Assembly (NCBI GenBank): GCA_044868145.1
Contig: JBIOWE010000013.1
Coordinates: 6,611-70,610 of the forward strand
DNA length: 64,000 nucleotides
Direction of reading: 5' to 3'
DNA from: Patescibacteria group bacterium
Lineage (GTDB): Bacteria > Patescibacteriota > Patescibacteriia > UBA10025 > JBIOWE01
Within the stretch, counting starts at the first letter, position 1. Each line of letters opens with the position of its first letter. The position numbers were made by a program, and so were the translations under genes. This document shows positions 46,593-57,066 of the stretch, one piece after another. The notes under the pieces were generated by a model. That model was not told the DNA's origin, did not search any database, and saw nothing but the letters and a program-made list of their open reading frames with translations.

Positions 46593-47120
46593 TTAGAAAA
46601 TTATCGTGACTAGTAGTAAAAAAATTATTAAAAGAATGAAAAGAGCTCCCGCCTGATTATAGATATTCCCCTGATCTGATGATAATTTTTGAAACCGATT
46701 TTTTATGATGTAAGCGGCTGCAAGAAAGCAGAGAAGAATAATAAGAAATAATAAGGTAAATACATGAGAACCAACTGCCGCATCCACCGCAATTATTGGG
46801 AAAACGGACAAAAGGAAAAGTATTGAGATTGCAGTAAAAGATAAAGTAGGAGTTACGGGCGTACGTTTCCCCGCTACCCTTCGATATGAAAAAAAGAGAT
46901 ACCAACCAGCAAGAATGGCAGCAAGCAACAATAAAATACTGGCCCAAATCATATATTCCCTAAAGTCCTCCTCGCGAAGACCCACGAGTATGGAACGACC
47001 AAACAAAGTGACGCCCAAACCAAAAGCTGATACCGTATAGAAAATAAAAACTGTCAGCATTATCAAATACGCGGGAGTAGCCTTTTGACTTTTTTCTGGT
47101 TTATTAGAAACAGTATCCAT
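46593..47120 (-). CDS. hypothetical multi-TM membrane protein
   Basis: 175 aa. Confidence 0.45.
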   Translation of the reverse strand: MDTVSNKPEKSQKATPAYLIMLTVFIFYTVSAFGLGVTLFGRSILVGLREEDFREYMIWASILLLLAAILAGWYLFFSYRRVAGKRTPVTPTLSFTAISILFLLSVFPIIAVDAAVGSHVFTLLFLIILLCFLAAAYIIKNRFQKLSSDQGNIYNQAGALFILLIIFLLLVTIIF

Positions 47121-47122
47121 GT

Positions 47123-48415
47123 TTATGGTCTAAGTCTATTTAAAAGTCTTGGGAACGGAATCGTCTCACGCACGTGGTCCAAACCGCAAAGCCACGCGAT
47201 GGTCCGCTCAAGGCCGACACCGAAGCCTGCGTGGGGAACCGACCCATAGCGCCGTAAATCGAGATACCATTCGAAATCTTTTTTCTTGAGTTTGTATTCT
47301 TTCAAACGCTTTTCGAGAAGTTTTGCGTCCCAAATTCTTTCCGATCCGCCGATAATCTCACCATAACCCTCGGGCACTAACAGGTCGTTACATAATGCAA
47401 GTGTGGGATCGCTTTTGTCCGGCTGCATGTAAAACGCTTTGACCTTTGCCGGGTAGTGCGTAATGAAAAGTGGCTGATCCATTTTTTCCATGAGCAATGT
47501 TTCGTCGTCTCCTCCCAAATCCTCGTCCATCTTGATATCGGAGCCAAGTGATTGTAATTTTTTCACTGCCTCGCTATACGTCATTCGTTCAAACGGTCGC
47601 TTGATTTTTTCAAGCTTCGACACGTCTCGTCCTAGGAATAGGAGCTCTTTTCTTTTTGTGCTGATTAGCCGATTAACTAATTCACTAACTAGCTCTTCTT
47701 GGAGGCGGAGATTGTTTTCAAATTGCGCAAATGCGACCTCCGCGTCGAGCATCCAAAACTCCATCATGTGCCGCCGTGTCTTGGACTTTTCCGCCCGGAA
47801 CACCGGGCCAAAGTCATACACGCGGCCGAGCGCCATCGCGAGCGCTTCCAAATACAGCTGGCCCGACTGCGCCAGGTAGGCGGTTTCGTCAAAGTACTTC
47901 GTCGAAAACAAGGTTGTCGTTCCTTCACTTGACGTTGACGTCAGAATCGGTGTATCGGTCAACACAAACCCCTTGTCGTGGAAAAATGACCGCAGGATCC
48001 AGATAACCGTATCGCGAATTTTGAGAATAGTGGCCTGGCGCTCCGAGCGTATCCACAAATGCCGGTAATCAAGCAAAAAATCAACACCGTGCTCCTTTTT
48101 CCCGATTGGATATTCCTCCGCAACCTGGAAAACGGTAAGCGACCGAACATCCATTTCGTATCCCGTTGGGGACCGACGCTCTTCCCGGACAGCTCCCTGC
48201 ACAGCCATGGACGATTCTATTGTCGCACGTTCACACGCAGCCCATACGTCTTCCGGCACGGTTTTCTTTGATACGACTGCCTGCAACGTTCCGGATCCGT
48301 CACGCAGCTGTAAAAAAAATATTCCACCTGAACTTCGTTTGTTAAACATCCAACAATGGAGGGTAACTTCTTTGCCAAGATAACGAGAAATATCCGCAAT
48401 GGCTACTTCTTGCAT
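47123..48415 (-). CDS. asnS: asparagine--tRNA ligase (class IIb; alternative: archaeal-type AspRS)
   Basis: 430 aa; FRAEKSKTRRHMMEFWMLDAE, YGSVPHAGFGVGLERTIAWL. Confidence 0.7.
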   Translation of the reverse strand: MQEVAIADISRYLGKEVTLHCWMFNKRSSGGIFFLQLRDGSGTLQAVVSKKTVPEDVWAACERATIESSMAVQGAVREERRSPTGYEMDVRSLTVFQVAEEYPIGKKEHGVDFLLDYRHLWIRSERQATILKIRDTVIWILRSFFHDKGFVLTDTPILTSTSSEGTTTLFSTKYFDETAYLAQSGQLYLEALAMALGRVYDFGPVFRAEKSKTRRHMMEFWMLDAEVAFAQFENNLRLQEELVSELVNRLISTKRKELLFLGRDVSKLEKIKRPFERMTYSEAVKKLQSLGSDIKMDEDLGGDDETLLMEKMDQPLFITHYPAKVKAFYMQPDKSDPTLALCNDLLVPEGYGEIIGGSERIWDAKLLEKRLKEYKLKKKDFEWYLDLRRYGSVPHAGFGVGLERTIAWLCGLDHVRETIPFPRLLNRLRP

Positions 48416-48423
48416 ATGTCAAA

Positions 48424-48452
48424 ATTATACTAGTTTTTTGCGATCCTGGCAA
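48424..48452 (-). promoter_or_regulatory. sigma70 promoter TTGCCA-17-TATAAT placed 8 nt upstream of asnS ATG (leaderless-type)
   Basis: direct reading on minus strand. Confidence 0.55.
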
Positions 48453-48561
48453 CCGCTTCTCGCCTCTTCGGCGAGTAGCCGATGAGGCTACGTCGACGGT
48501 TCGCCGGTGAGGCGAAATAAAAAAGACCCGACTTTGACATCGAGGTTCTTTGTTTTGGATT

Positions 48562-49164
48562 CTATACTGTCGGGGTGGTTTTCTTGCGTCGGAAAAGGTA
48601 TGAACCCACCCAGACAACGGCAAGCGCTCCCAGCAGGTTGTACAAAAGGTCTGACGCGGTATCGTACCGTGGTCCAACGCGCTGGGTGTTAAAAAGAATA
48701 TCTCCGATGAATTCAGAAATTTCGTACAGGGAAACAAGCAGCATCGTCAGAGAGATCGTATACAGCCCAATATGGAAAGGCGAAAGCTGCAAAAAGCCGC
48801 TGCTGCGCAACTTGTGCAAAATAAAAAGGAGAATAACTGCTAAAGAGAGCGAGCCTTCAAAATGCGTTAGGTTGTCCCACCACGACACGTTCCAATAAAA
48901 GTGCGCGAAATTCCCTGCCGCATCAAGCCAAACGCCGAGAACCGCAGCCCATGCGATAAAACCTGGGAGAGTAATATTGTACTTGCGGCGGAGTTTTTGA
49001 TACAAAACGTAGTACACAATCATGACAAACAAGTTCGTGATTGCCAGCGCGATTTTTCTTTGCAGCACGTCGTAATCGCCGACGAACTCGACAATGAGCA
49101 GAATAAAAAGAGAAAGGTACGCGAGGTTTGACCAACGGTCTCGAAACGGTTGAAGGCCGGTCAT
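48562..49164 (-). CDS. hypothetical multi-TM membrane protein
   Basis: 200 aa. Confidence 0.45.
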   Translation of the reverse strand: MTGLQPFRDRWSNLAYLSLFILLIVEFVGDYDVLQRKIALAITNLFVMIVYYVLYQKLRRKYNITLPGFIAWAAVLGVWLDAAGNFAHFYWNVSWWDNLTHFEGSLSLAVILLFILHKLRSSGFLQLSPFHIGLYTISLTMLLVSLYEISEFIGDILFNTQRVGPRYDTASDLLYNLLGALAVVWVGSYLFRRKKTTPTV

Positions 49165-51839
49165 GGATTGTTGTTTTTTACTTTTGTAAAAACGAATTTC
49201 ACAATTTCAATTAAAGCAACGACGCTTAAGCTAAAGATAACAACTCGGAGCCAGTCAAGCAAGTGGATTGGTTGCGTGTGAAAAATAACTTGTAGCGACG
49301 GCGCATACACCGCAAGTAATTGCAACACAATTCCCGCGAGAACTGCCACGAGCAGCCAAGGGTTGCGAAAAAAGTTTTGCTTCCACAAAGGATACTTGAG
49401 TGACCTGCAACTGAATACATAGAACAAACTCATCATGCCGAGCGCCGCAAAAGCTACTGTGCGGGCATAATCGAGATTATTGGTTGCGATGTACCGGAAA
49501 TAAAACAACAATAGAATGCCGACGCCTGACACTCCGCTAATCACGATGATAAGAATACGCATTGGTGCGTCCACAATAACGCGTCGTTTTTGTTTCGATG
49601 CCGGCTGCATCACGTCCCGTTCGCCCGGTTCAAGCGTGAGCGCCACGCTCGGAAATCCATCATTGATGATGTTGACCCACAAAATTTGACTTGCGGCAAG
49701 CGGCAAAGGAAAACCCAGTATTACTGCGGCCGTGATAACGATCATCTCCGTAAAACTATTGGAAAGCAAGTAGAGAACGATGCGCTTGATGTTTTCAAAG
49801 AGGATCCTGCCTTCACGGACCGCGGCGACAATCGTGCCGAATTGATTATCCATAATCACCATGTCCGCGGTTTCTTTCGCCACGTCCGTGCCCGATCCGA
49901 GCGCAATGCCAATGTCAGCCATTTGGAGAGCGGGCGCGTCGTTGATGCCGTCGCCGGTCATGGCGACGACTTCGCCTTGTTGCTGGAAAGCGTCAACAAT
50001 CGCTAGCTTATCGTGAGGGCTCACACGCGCGAAAACAGAGACTTGTTTCACGCGCTCATTGATCTTCGCAGGAGGCAACCGGGAAAATTCTTCTCCTTCT
50101 ATAATGTTTTCATCGCCAGACGGCATGCCCAACTCCTTGGCGATCGCTTGAGCGGTAAAACGGTGATCACCGGTGACCATGACGGTTCGGATGCCTGCGG
50201 CTTTTGCTTCTTGGATTGTTTCTGTGGTTCCTTTTCTCAATGGATCTTTTATGCAGAGAAAGCCAACGAACGTAAGCTCATCAAAAAACGCCTGATCGCC
50301 GCCCAATACATAATTTGAAGGAACGCTTTTATACCCCACGGCAAGAATACGCAGCCCTTGACGACTCAGCGTACGATATTGCTCTTCAAAACGCCGTTTT
50401 GTTTTCTCATCAAGCGATTGTTTCCGCCCGTCAAGGTCCACGCTGCCGGCTTTGTGCAGCAGAACCTCCGGCGCTCCTTTCGCGTAGAGCACTCGTTTTC
50501 CATTTTTGTCCTGATGCACGGTCACCATGTACTTGCGAGATGAATCGAAAGGAATCTCCTCGAGGCGGGGTTGATCGTAACGCGTTTTTTCTTGATCAAT
50601 GCCCGCGACAATCGCCGCCTGCACAAGGGCGCGCTCCGTGGTATTACCGACGCTCACCCATTCATCAAGCGCGTCTTTGGGATTTTGCACGTACGCGTCG
50701 GATGCGAGCAGTCCAATCTTGAGAGCCAGGAAATAACTGCGGCTGGCATGGTCCGTGCCGTCACGAAACTGCGCGGCGCTGAAATTCAAGTCGTGGTGAT
50801 ATGTAACAATTTTTACCACCTGCATCTCGGCTTTTGTCAGCGTACCGGTCTTATCCGTACAAATGACTGTGGTTGAGCCGAGCGTTTCCGCGGACGCGAG
50901 TTGGCGCACGAGGGCGTTCTGCTTCAAAATACGCTGCATACCGATCGCCAAAACTACGGTAATGGCAACGACCAGGCCTTCGGGAATCGCTGATACGGTA
51001 ATAGCCACGGCCGTGGTAAACATTTCTTGCACACCATACCCCAGCGCCCGTCCAAGGAGAAAAATCCCCAATGATAGCAGCACAATGAGCAGGGCCAGGC
51101 GCCTGCCGAAAGACGCTAAACGCTTTTGCAATGGCGTTTCTCGCTCCGGAGTTGCCTGTACGAGACTGGCGATTTGACCAAGCTCCGTTTGAACGCCAGT
51201 GCGCACGACAATGCCCCATACCGTTCCGGTCAACACAGCTGTACCGGCAAATAACATGTTCGCTTGATCCATTACTGGAATGTTCGGTTTGAGTGTTTGT
51301 GTTCCTTTCTTCACCGGCGTTGATTCCCCAGTAAGCGGCGCTTCGTTCACTTGCACGTCATGCGCTTCGAGAATACGAATGTCGGCCGGAATACGCTTGC
51401 CGGCCCGCAGACGCACGATATCCCCTGGCACAAGGTCTTTGCTTTCGAGACGAACATCATTGCCGTCGCGGAGAACGGTTACGTAATAGGAAACGACTTC
51501 CTGCAATTTCTCCAGGCTGCGTTGCGCACGAAACTCCTGAATGAACCCCACAAGAACGTTCAAACCAACAGCGGCCAAAATCACATACGCGTCCAGATAA
51601 TCCCCGAGAAAAAAACTGATGACCGAAGCGATGACGAGGATCACCATGAGCACACTGGTGAATTGTTTTAGGAAAAGACCAACAAGCGAAAACGGTTTTT
51701 TTTTCGGGAGCACGTTCCATCCCCATTGTCTCCGGCGTTCTCCCACGCCCTGGGACGTGAGACCGAAAGTTTTCGAATGCAAACGCGAAAGAACTTCGCT
51801 TCTTGGGAGAGCGTGCCAAGCTGTAGTTTCCTGTATCAT
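49161..51839 (-). CDS. cation-transporting P-type ATPase (P2-type, Ca2+/Mg2+-like)
   Basis: 892 aa; DKTGTLT, TGDHRFTA, GDGINDAPAL. Confidence 0.85.
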   Translation of the reverse strand: MIQETTAWHALPRSEVLSRLHSKTFGLTSQGVGERRRQWGWNVLPKKKPFSLVGLFLKQFTSVLMVILVIASVISFFLGDYLDAYVILAAVGLNVLVGFIQEFRAQRSLEKLQEVVSYYVTVLRDGNDVRLESKDLVPGDIVRLRAGKRIPADIRILEAHDVQVNEAPLTGESTPVKKGTQTLKPNIPVMDQANMLFAGTAVLTGTVWGIVVRTGVQTELGQIASLVQATPERETPLQKRLASFGRRLALLIVLLSLGIFLLGRALGYGVQEMFTTAVAITVSAIPEGLVVAITVVLAIGMQRILKQNALVRQLASAETLGSTTVICTDKTGTLTKAEMQVVKIVTYHHDLNFSAAQFRDGTDHASRSYFLALKIGLLASDAYVQNPKDALDEWVSVGNTTERALVQAAIVAGIDQEKTRYDQPRLEEIPFDSSRKYMVTVHQDKNGKRVLYAKGAPEVLLHKAGSVDLDGRKQSLDEKTKRRFEEQYRTLSRQGLRILAVGYKSVPSNYVLGGDQAFFDELTFVGFLCIKDPLRKGTTETIQEAKAAGIRTVMVTGDHRFTAQAIAKELGMPSGDENIIEGEEFSRLPPAKINERVKQVSVFARVSPHDKLAIVDAFQQQGEVVAMTGDGINDAPALQMADIGIALGSGTDVAKETADMVIMDNQFGTIVAAVREGRILFENIKRIVLYLLSNSFTEMIVITAAVILGFPLPLAASQILWVNIINDGFPSVALTLEPGERDVMQPASKQKRRVIVDAPMRILIIVISGVSGVGILLLFYFRYIATNNLDYARTVAFAALGMMSLFYVFSCRSLKYPLWKQNFFRNPWLLVAVLAGIVLQLLAVYAPSLQVIFHTQPIHLLDWLRVVIFSLSVVALIEIVKFVFTKVKNNNP

Positions 51840-51917
51840 ACAGCGTTCATTGTACCATAAAAAAGTAAAAGTGAAAAAGAAAAAAGTAAAAACTATCGTA
51901 AAGAAATCTTTCCAATA

Positions 51918-51939
51918 TTTTTCCTTTTTAGATTTTACT
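51918..51939. repeat. inverted exact copy of 22-nt A-rich element (ATTTTTCCTTTTTAGATTTTAC) within ~100-bp A-rich imperfect palindrome
   Basis: exact reverse-complement match to 40811-40832. Confidence 0.7.
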
Positions 51940-52022
51940 TTTTACTTTAAAAAAGAAGAAGGCCCTTCTGTACAAGTCGGGCCATTCTCCTTTTGATTCA
52001 ATTATCGATTGATAAAGCGATG

Positions 52023-52376
52023 TTATGAAGTCACGTTACTCGTGGTGTTGACGACGAAGATGACGATTGCCCATGCGAGCAATACGACGATCAAACCGAT
52101 GACTGCAGCTGAGATAATCTTCTTCGCCTTTGCCACGCGCTCTTCGTTACCGCCAGCGGTGAGCCACATAAAGCCACCCCAGAGAATCATGATGACTGCT
52201 ATCAAGCCCAAAAGGCCGAGAACGAACTGGATAATCTTGATAACTGTTGCTTGCAAGTCCGCTGTACCGATGCCAAATGTCGTGCCAAAGTTCTGGTTAA
52301 TGTTCACCTGTGCAAGAGCGGCCATCGGGACGAACAGTAAACCTAAAGCGAGTGCGCTTGGAATAATTTTTTTCAT
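52023..52376 (-). CDS. TrbC/VirB2-like type IV secretion pilin family protein
   Basis: 117 aa: signal peptide, two hydrophobic helices (IIQFVLGLLGLIAVIMILWGGFMWLTAGGN…AAVIGLIVVLLAWAIVIFV). Confidence 0.5.
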   Translation of the reverse strand: MKKIIPSALALGLLFVPMAALAQVNINQNFGTTFGIGTADLQATVIKIIQFVLGLLGLIAVIMILWGGFMWLTAGGNEERVAKAKKIISAAVIGLIVVLLAWAIVIFVVNTTSNVTS

Positions 52377-52655
52377 TCAATATTCACCCCCTTCCAAAAA
52401 ATAAATTTTTGAAATCCCACATAAAATACGTGGGTCAACCTTTTTTCTTTGAAGAAATGTATAAAAACGCGAGAAATCCACCAAGTAAAAGCAGTACAAC
52501 GATTACGCCACCTGTGAGAGCCATAATGCAAAAACCTTATAATAATGGCTGTTTTGAATGTTCGGTTCAAGTATAACAAAATTAGACAAACTTGGCAAGT
52601 CCCCTTGATTTTCTTGGGTTTCCATGCTACCCTGACCACAGTTTATCACCAATAT

Positions 52656-52728
52656 GGGCCGTTAGCTCAGCTGGTAGAGCACCTGCCTTTTAAGCAGGGT
52701 GTCGCAGGTTCGAATCCTGCACGGCTCA
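52656..52728 (+). tRNA. tRNA-Lys (anticodon TTT)
   Basis: GGGCCGTTAGCTCAGCTGGTAGAGCACCTGCCTTTTAAGCAGGG…GGTTCGAATCCTGCACGGCTCA. Confidence 0.85.
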
Positions 52729-52897
52729 ACTTAGTTTATTGCTACCCTTCACCAAACACCGCGGTCAAAGTATAAGCTTGAGCTATATCAAAGTGCGGGA
52801 TGAGAAGGGCAGCAGCGAGACAACCCTGAACGTAGTGAAGGGGCGTCGAGCGCCGACGGACGCGACCATAAGGAAGCGTCCGGCGCTGCCCAGGACC

Positions 52898-52916
52898 CGA
52901 ATCCTGCACGGCTCAA
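52898..52916 (+). repeat. 19-bp direct duplicate of tRNA-Lys 3' end (CGAATCCTGCACGGCTCAA, also at 52711-52729)
   Basis: exact 19/19 match ~170 bp downstream of tRNA. Confidence 0.7.
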
Positions 52917-52949
52917 TTTGGTTTCTAGCGAAGAAGAGATGTATCACAT

Positions 52950-53678
52950 TTGACTATGAGCAAACCCGCAGTTCTTCTGATCCACGGTTTCACAAGCCAT
53001 CGATCGAGCCTTGAAGCGCTCATACCGGAGCTTAAGGCAAATGGCTTTGCTTGGCATTACCCGATTCTCGCAGGCCACGGAACGTCGCCGGAAGATTTGG
53101 AAGATAAACGATGGCACCATTGGCAAGCGGATATCGAGCGAGCGCATCAATATCTACGACAGTCGAACGACAAAATCGTTGTTGTTGCAATTTCGATGGG
53201 CACGCTCCTTGCGATGGAGCTTGCCGCCAACTATCCCGAAGACATTGCTGGCCTTGTACTGCTTTCTCCTTGCTTGCGATTTAAAGATAAACTTTCTCTG
53301 TTCACGCCGGTTATGCGTTTCTTTGTGACCCGGCATCCGTTCGGTCCAAAGAAAAAGTACGCGCATGCGTCGCAAGAATACTTAGACAAAGGATACCAAT
53401 GGTTTCCCACTGCGTCGTATTATTCATACTGGAAGCGAACACGCACTATTCTGCCGGTCATCGCCAACGTGCGTTGCCCTGTTCGCATCATTCAATCGAA
53501 AGCAGATCACATCGCCGATCCACGCGGTGCCCAAAAAATCTTCGATCTCTTACAATCCCCGAAGGAAATCCTGTGGCACGAGCAATCGGGTCATGAGCTG
53601 TTGCTTGACCTTGAAGTAAAAAAAGTCATTGAAGAAATAATGAACTTCGCCCCATTGCGCGGTCCTCGGGGTGGATAA
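52950..53678 (+). CDS. alpha/beta hydrolase (esterase/lipase-like)
   Basis: 242 aa, LIHGF, nucleophile elbow AISMG. Confidence 0.6.
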   Translation: MTMSKPAVLLIHGFTSHRSSLEALIPELKANGFAWHYPILAGHGTSPEDLEDKRWHHWQADIERAHQYLRQSNDKIVVVAISMGTLLAMELAANYPEDIAGLVLLSPCLRFKDKLSLFTPVMRFFVTRHPFGPKKKYAHASQEYLDKGYQWFPTASYYSYWKRTRTILPVIANVRCPVRIIQSKADHIADPRGAQKIFDLLQSPKEILWHEQSGHELLLDLEVKKVIEEIMNFAPLRGPRGG

Positions 53679-53740
53679 ACTGTGTACACCCGGGTGGCTT
53701 GTCGTGAGGTAATAAATGAGATACGATAAGTAGACATTGT

Positions 53741-55099
53741 ATGGCTGACGAGCAAGTCGCAAAACTCCCACCCCAAAGTATAGACGCAGAACTAGCAGTT
53801 CTGGGTTCTTTGTTAATTAATAAGGAAGCGATTGACAAAGTCGCCGATATTGTACGTCCGGAGGACTTCTACAAAGACGACCACCGACTCATTTACGAAG
53901 CAATGCTCGATATTTATGAGCAGCGGGAACCGATCGATGTTTTGTCTCTGGCCAGTAGGCTCGAAGACCTCGGAAACCTCGAGCGAATAGGCGGGCGAAC
54001 GTACCTGGCTACCCTTTCCAATGCCGTCCCATCCGCGGCACACGTCGTGAACTACGCCGAAATTGTGCAGCGTAAAGCCACGCTGCGGCGATTAATCCAG
54101 GTTTCGTCTGAAATCGTTGGCATGGGCTACCAAGAAACGGAAAACATCGATGAATTGCTGGATAGAGCCGAGCAAAAGCTCTTCGGCGTTTCTCAAAAAT
54201 ACCTTAAACAAAATTTTATCCCGATCAAGTCCGTTCTTTCCGAAGCGTTTGATCGGATAGACGACTTGCATCGCGAGAGCGGGAAACTCCGCGGCATCGC
54301 CACCGGCTTTACGGTTTTGGATAATATGCTCGCCGGTTTGCAACAATCGGACCTCGTCATTATTGCGGCTCGACCGTCCGTTGGAAAAACGTCGCTCGCG
54401 CTCGACATCGCACGGCAGGTCGCGACCCATGCGAAAGTGCCGGTCGGCATTTTTAGTCTTGAAATGTCAAAAGAGCAACTCGTTGATCGCATTCTTTGCT
54501 CGCAAGCCGGCGTTGACCTCTGGCGCATGCGCACCGGTAAACTTACTGAAGACGAAGACTTCGCAAACATCGGTCACGCGATGGGCGTACTCTCCGAGTC
54601 GCCGATTTTTATTGACGACTCTGCCACGGCGAACGTCATGGAAATTCGGACGAAAGCTCGCCGCTTACAATCGGAACACAATCTTGGATTAATGATCATT
54701 GATTACTTGCAGCTCATGCAAGGCGAACGCCGGTCAGAAAACCGCGTGCAGGAAATCAGCGAAATCACCCGCGCGCTCAAGGCGATTGCCCGAGAGCTGC
54801 GCATTCCGGTGCTCGCGCTTTCCCAGCTCTCACGCGCCGTTGAATCGCGCACGCCGCCAATCCCCAAGCTCGCGGACCTTCGCGAGTCGGGTTCCATCGA
54901 GCAGGACGCCGACGTCGTGCTGTTCATTTATCGTGAAAGCATGAACAAACGAGACGTTGACCCCGGACGGAAAAATGTTGCGGAGATTCATATTGCGAAG
55001 CACCGGAACGGTCCAACGGGCATGGTGCAACTCTTTTTTGACGAAAACAAAGTGAGCTTCCGCACGCTCGAACGGAACATTCAAGAACCCTTTTCCTAA
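53741..55099 (+). CDS. dnaB: replicative DNA helicase DnaB
   Basis: 452 aa, Walker A ARPSVGKTS, DnaB N-terminal domain. Confidence 0.9.
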   Translation: MADEQVAKLPPQSIDAELAVLGSLLINKEAIDKVADIVRPEDFYKDDHRLIYEAMLDIYEQREPIDVLSLASRLEDLGNLERIGGRTYLATLSNAVPSAAHVVNYAEIVQRKATLRRLIQVSSEIVGMGYQETENIDELLDRAEQKLFGVSQKYLKQNFIPIKSVLSEAFDRIDDLHRESGKLRGIATGFTVLDNMLAGLQQSDLVIIAARPSVGKTSLALDIARQVATHAKVPVGIFSLEMSKEQLVDRILCSQAGVDLWRMRTGKLTEDEDFANIGHAMGVLSESPIFIDDSATANVMEIRTKARRLQSEHNLGLMIIDYLQLMQGERRSENRVQEISEITRALKAIARELRIPVLALSQLSRAVESRTPPIPKLADLRESGSIEQDADVVLFIYRESMNKRDVDPGRKNVAEIHIAKHRNGPTGMVQLFFDENKVSFRTLERNIQEPFS

Positions 55100-55389
55100 T
55101 GTTTGACCAATTCAAACAACTCAAACAGCTCCGTGACCAAGCGCAACAACTGAAACAAACGCTTGGATCCGAATTCATTGAACAGAAGTCTGCGGACGGT
55201 CGCGTGCGGATTGTTATGAACGGCAACCAAGAAGTGACATCTTTGATGATTGATGAATCGTTACTCCACCCGGAAAAAAAGAATGAGCTTGAGGAAACAA
55301 TGCGGAACGTCGTGAATGAAGCAACGGAAAAAATTCGAAAACTGATAGCCGAAAAGTTAAAAATGTCTGGCGGCCTCTTTGGTCAGTAG
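55099..55389 (+). CDS. ybaB: YbaB/EbfC family nucleoid-associated protein
   Basis: 96 aa, conserved neighbour of recR. Confidence 0.7.
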   Translation: MFDQFKQLKQLRDQAQQLKQTLGSEFIEQKSADGRVRIVMNGNQEVTSLMIDESLLHPEKKNELEETMRNVVNEATEKIRKLIAEKLKMSGGLFGQ

Positions 55390-55400
55390 ATAAAGGAACG

Positions 55401-56006
55401 ATGGCGAACTACCCAAAACCAATACAGGAACTCGTCGAAGCGTTTAGCCGTCTCCCGGGGTTCGGACCGAAATCGGCAGAACGCCTGGTTTTTTATTTAT
55501 TGAAGCAGCCCAAGGAAAAATTACACGAACTAGCTAAAAGTATCGAACAACTCCCGGACGAGGTGCTCCATTGCGGTATTTGCTTCAATATCGCCACAAA
55601 AACGCCATGCGAGTTTTGCGCTGACAAAAAGCGCGATCAAACGCTCGTGTGCGTTGTGGCGCAGCCCCAAGATATTTACGTTATCGAGAAAACCGGAGAC
55701 TATCGCGGTCTCTTTCATGTGCTTGGCGGCGTTTTGAGCCCTGTGGAGGGAGTGACACCGGCGCAGCTTCATGTACAGCCCCTACTGGACCGTGTTACAA
55801 AGCAAAAACCGCGCGTGGTTGAGGTTATTCTTGCGACAAATCCCGACATCGAAGGAGAAGCGACCGCGCTGTATCTTGCCCGCGAATTGAAAAAACGAGG
55901 TGTGCGTACGACGCGCATCGGCAAAGGACTGCCCATGGGATCAGATATTGAATACGCAGACGAGATTACCGTCAGCAACTCGCTCAAAGGCAGGAAAGAA
56001 TTGTAA
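55401..56006 (+). CDS. recR: recombination protein RecR
   Basis: HhH, C4 zinc finger CGICFNI…CEFC, Toprim. Confidence 0.9.
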   Translation: MANYPKPIQELVEAFSRLPGFGPKSAERLVFYLLKQPKEKLHELAKSIEQLPDEVLHCGICFNIATKTPCEFCADKKRDQTLVCVVAQPQDIYVIEKTGDYRGLFHVLGGVLSPVEGVTPAQLHVQPLLDRVTKQKPRVVEVILATNPDIEGEATALYLARELKKRGVRTTRIGKGLPMGSDIEYADEITVSNSLKGRKEL

Positions 56007-56092
56007 ATCCACCACTAATTTATTCCACTGATTTTCACTAATTCTTATGTCGCTTGATTCGTGCTGATTAATGATATTAATTAGTGGAGGTA

Positions 56093-56131
56093 TTACAAAA
56101 ACAGGCTCTCTTGCTAGGCGCCTGTTTTTTT
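56093..56131. terminator. bidirectional terminator ACAGGC…GCCTGT flanked by A-run/T7, between recR and rplU 3' ends
   Basis: direct reading. Confidence 0.55.
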
Positions 56132-56441
56132 ACTTTATGCTTTCGATCTGCACCTTTGTGAACAACTGGCGGTGACCGCGCTTGCGGCGGTAACGAACTT
56201 TTGACTGAAACTTAATCACGGTAATCTTGTCCCCTTTTCCTTGCTCGAGCACCTTGGCCGTTACCGATGCGCCCGACAGAAACGGCGAACCGACGCGGAC
56301 CGTGGCGCCGTCAATAAGCAAAAGCACCCGATCAAAACGAACGGTTTTACCGACTGCTTCCGGTAATTTTTCAAATCGAAGAACATCGCCCTTGCGAACG
56401 AGGTATTGCTTTCCACCCGTTGCGATAACCGCGCTTGTCAT
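56130..56441 (-). CDS. rplU: 50S ribosomal protein L21
   Basis: 103 aa bL21 family. Confidence 0.9.
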   Translation of the reverse strand: MTSAVIATGGKQYLVRKGDVLRFEKLPEAVGKTVRFDRVLLLIDGATVRVGSPFLSGASVTAKVLEQGKGDKITVIKFQSKVRYRRKRGHRQLFTKVQIESIK

Positions 56442-56493
56442 AAAGAAGTTTAAAAAAAATGGACCAAACGGTTCCGTACTCTATTTTACACTA

Positions 56494-57021
56494 CTACAGT
56501 GTATTTGACAAGTCTACTTTGACGTTGTCACCAACACGGATATTGCGCACGCTAGTGTACTGAAATGGGACTTCCAAAACCTCATTCGCCGCTTCGCGCG
56601 GTTTATACGTGGGTGTTTTTTCGGCTGTTGGTAATTCTGCGCCTTGAGTGACATCGACAACTTTGTTATCGCGAATCCAGACGATATCAATGCGGAACAG
56701 CATGCCAGCCATCGTAAATTCATACTTGTCTGCCGTGTCAAAAACAAAGAGCATACCTTTGTCTGGCAAGAGTGCGGGCCGACCCATCAAACCTTTGGCA
56801 CGCGATCTTGGCGTATCGGCAATTTCCGCTTCAACAGTGGCTTTGCCGTCACCGATACTCACGACAGCTGTTTGCTTAATAATATGTTTTACATAGGGGG
56901 TAACCGCGGTTTCAATATCCTTTTGGGCGAGCCCCCAGAACACGGCGCCAAAAAAAATAGCCATTACAAACAAAATGTAGATATTCCGACTCATGCCGAG
57001 TTGCCGCAATTGGCGTGCCAT
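56494..57021 (-). CDS. DUF192 domain protein
   Basis: 175 aa, GLMGR…GMLFVF…IDIVW. Confidence 0.6.
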   Translation of the reverse strand: MARQLRQLGMSRNIYILFVMAIFFGAVFWGLAQKDIETAVTPYVKHIIKQTAVVSIGDGKATVEAEIADTPRSRAKGLMGRPALLPDKGMLFVFDTADKYEFTMAGMLFRIDIVWIRDNKVVDVTQGAELPTAEKTPTYKPREAANEVLEVPFQYTSVRNIRVGDNVKVDLSNTL

Positions 57022-57066
57022 ATATGGTCAGTATAGTGAAAAACGCGTTATCCGCAAAGTGGACGA

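Noticed and set aside
52800-52918. Second tRNA or tRNA pseudogene downstream of tRNA-Lys
   Set aside because: Only the last 19-21 nt (T-arm 3' half plus acceptor 3' strand) match. The upstream sequence cannot form an acceptor stem or an anticodon arm. It is interpreted as a partial duplication or att remnant.
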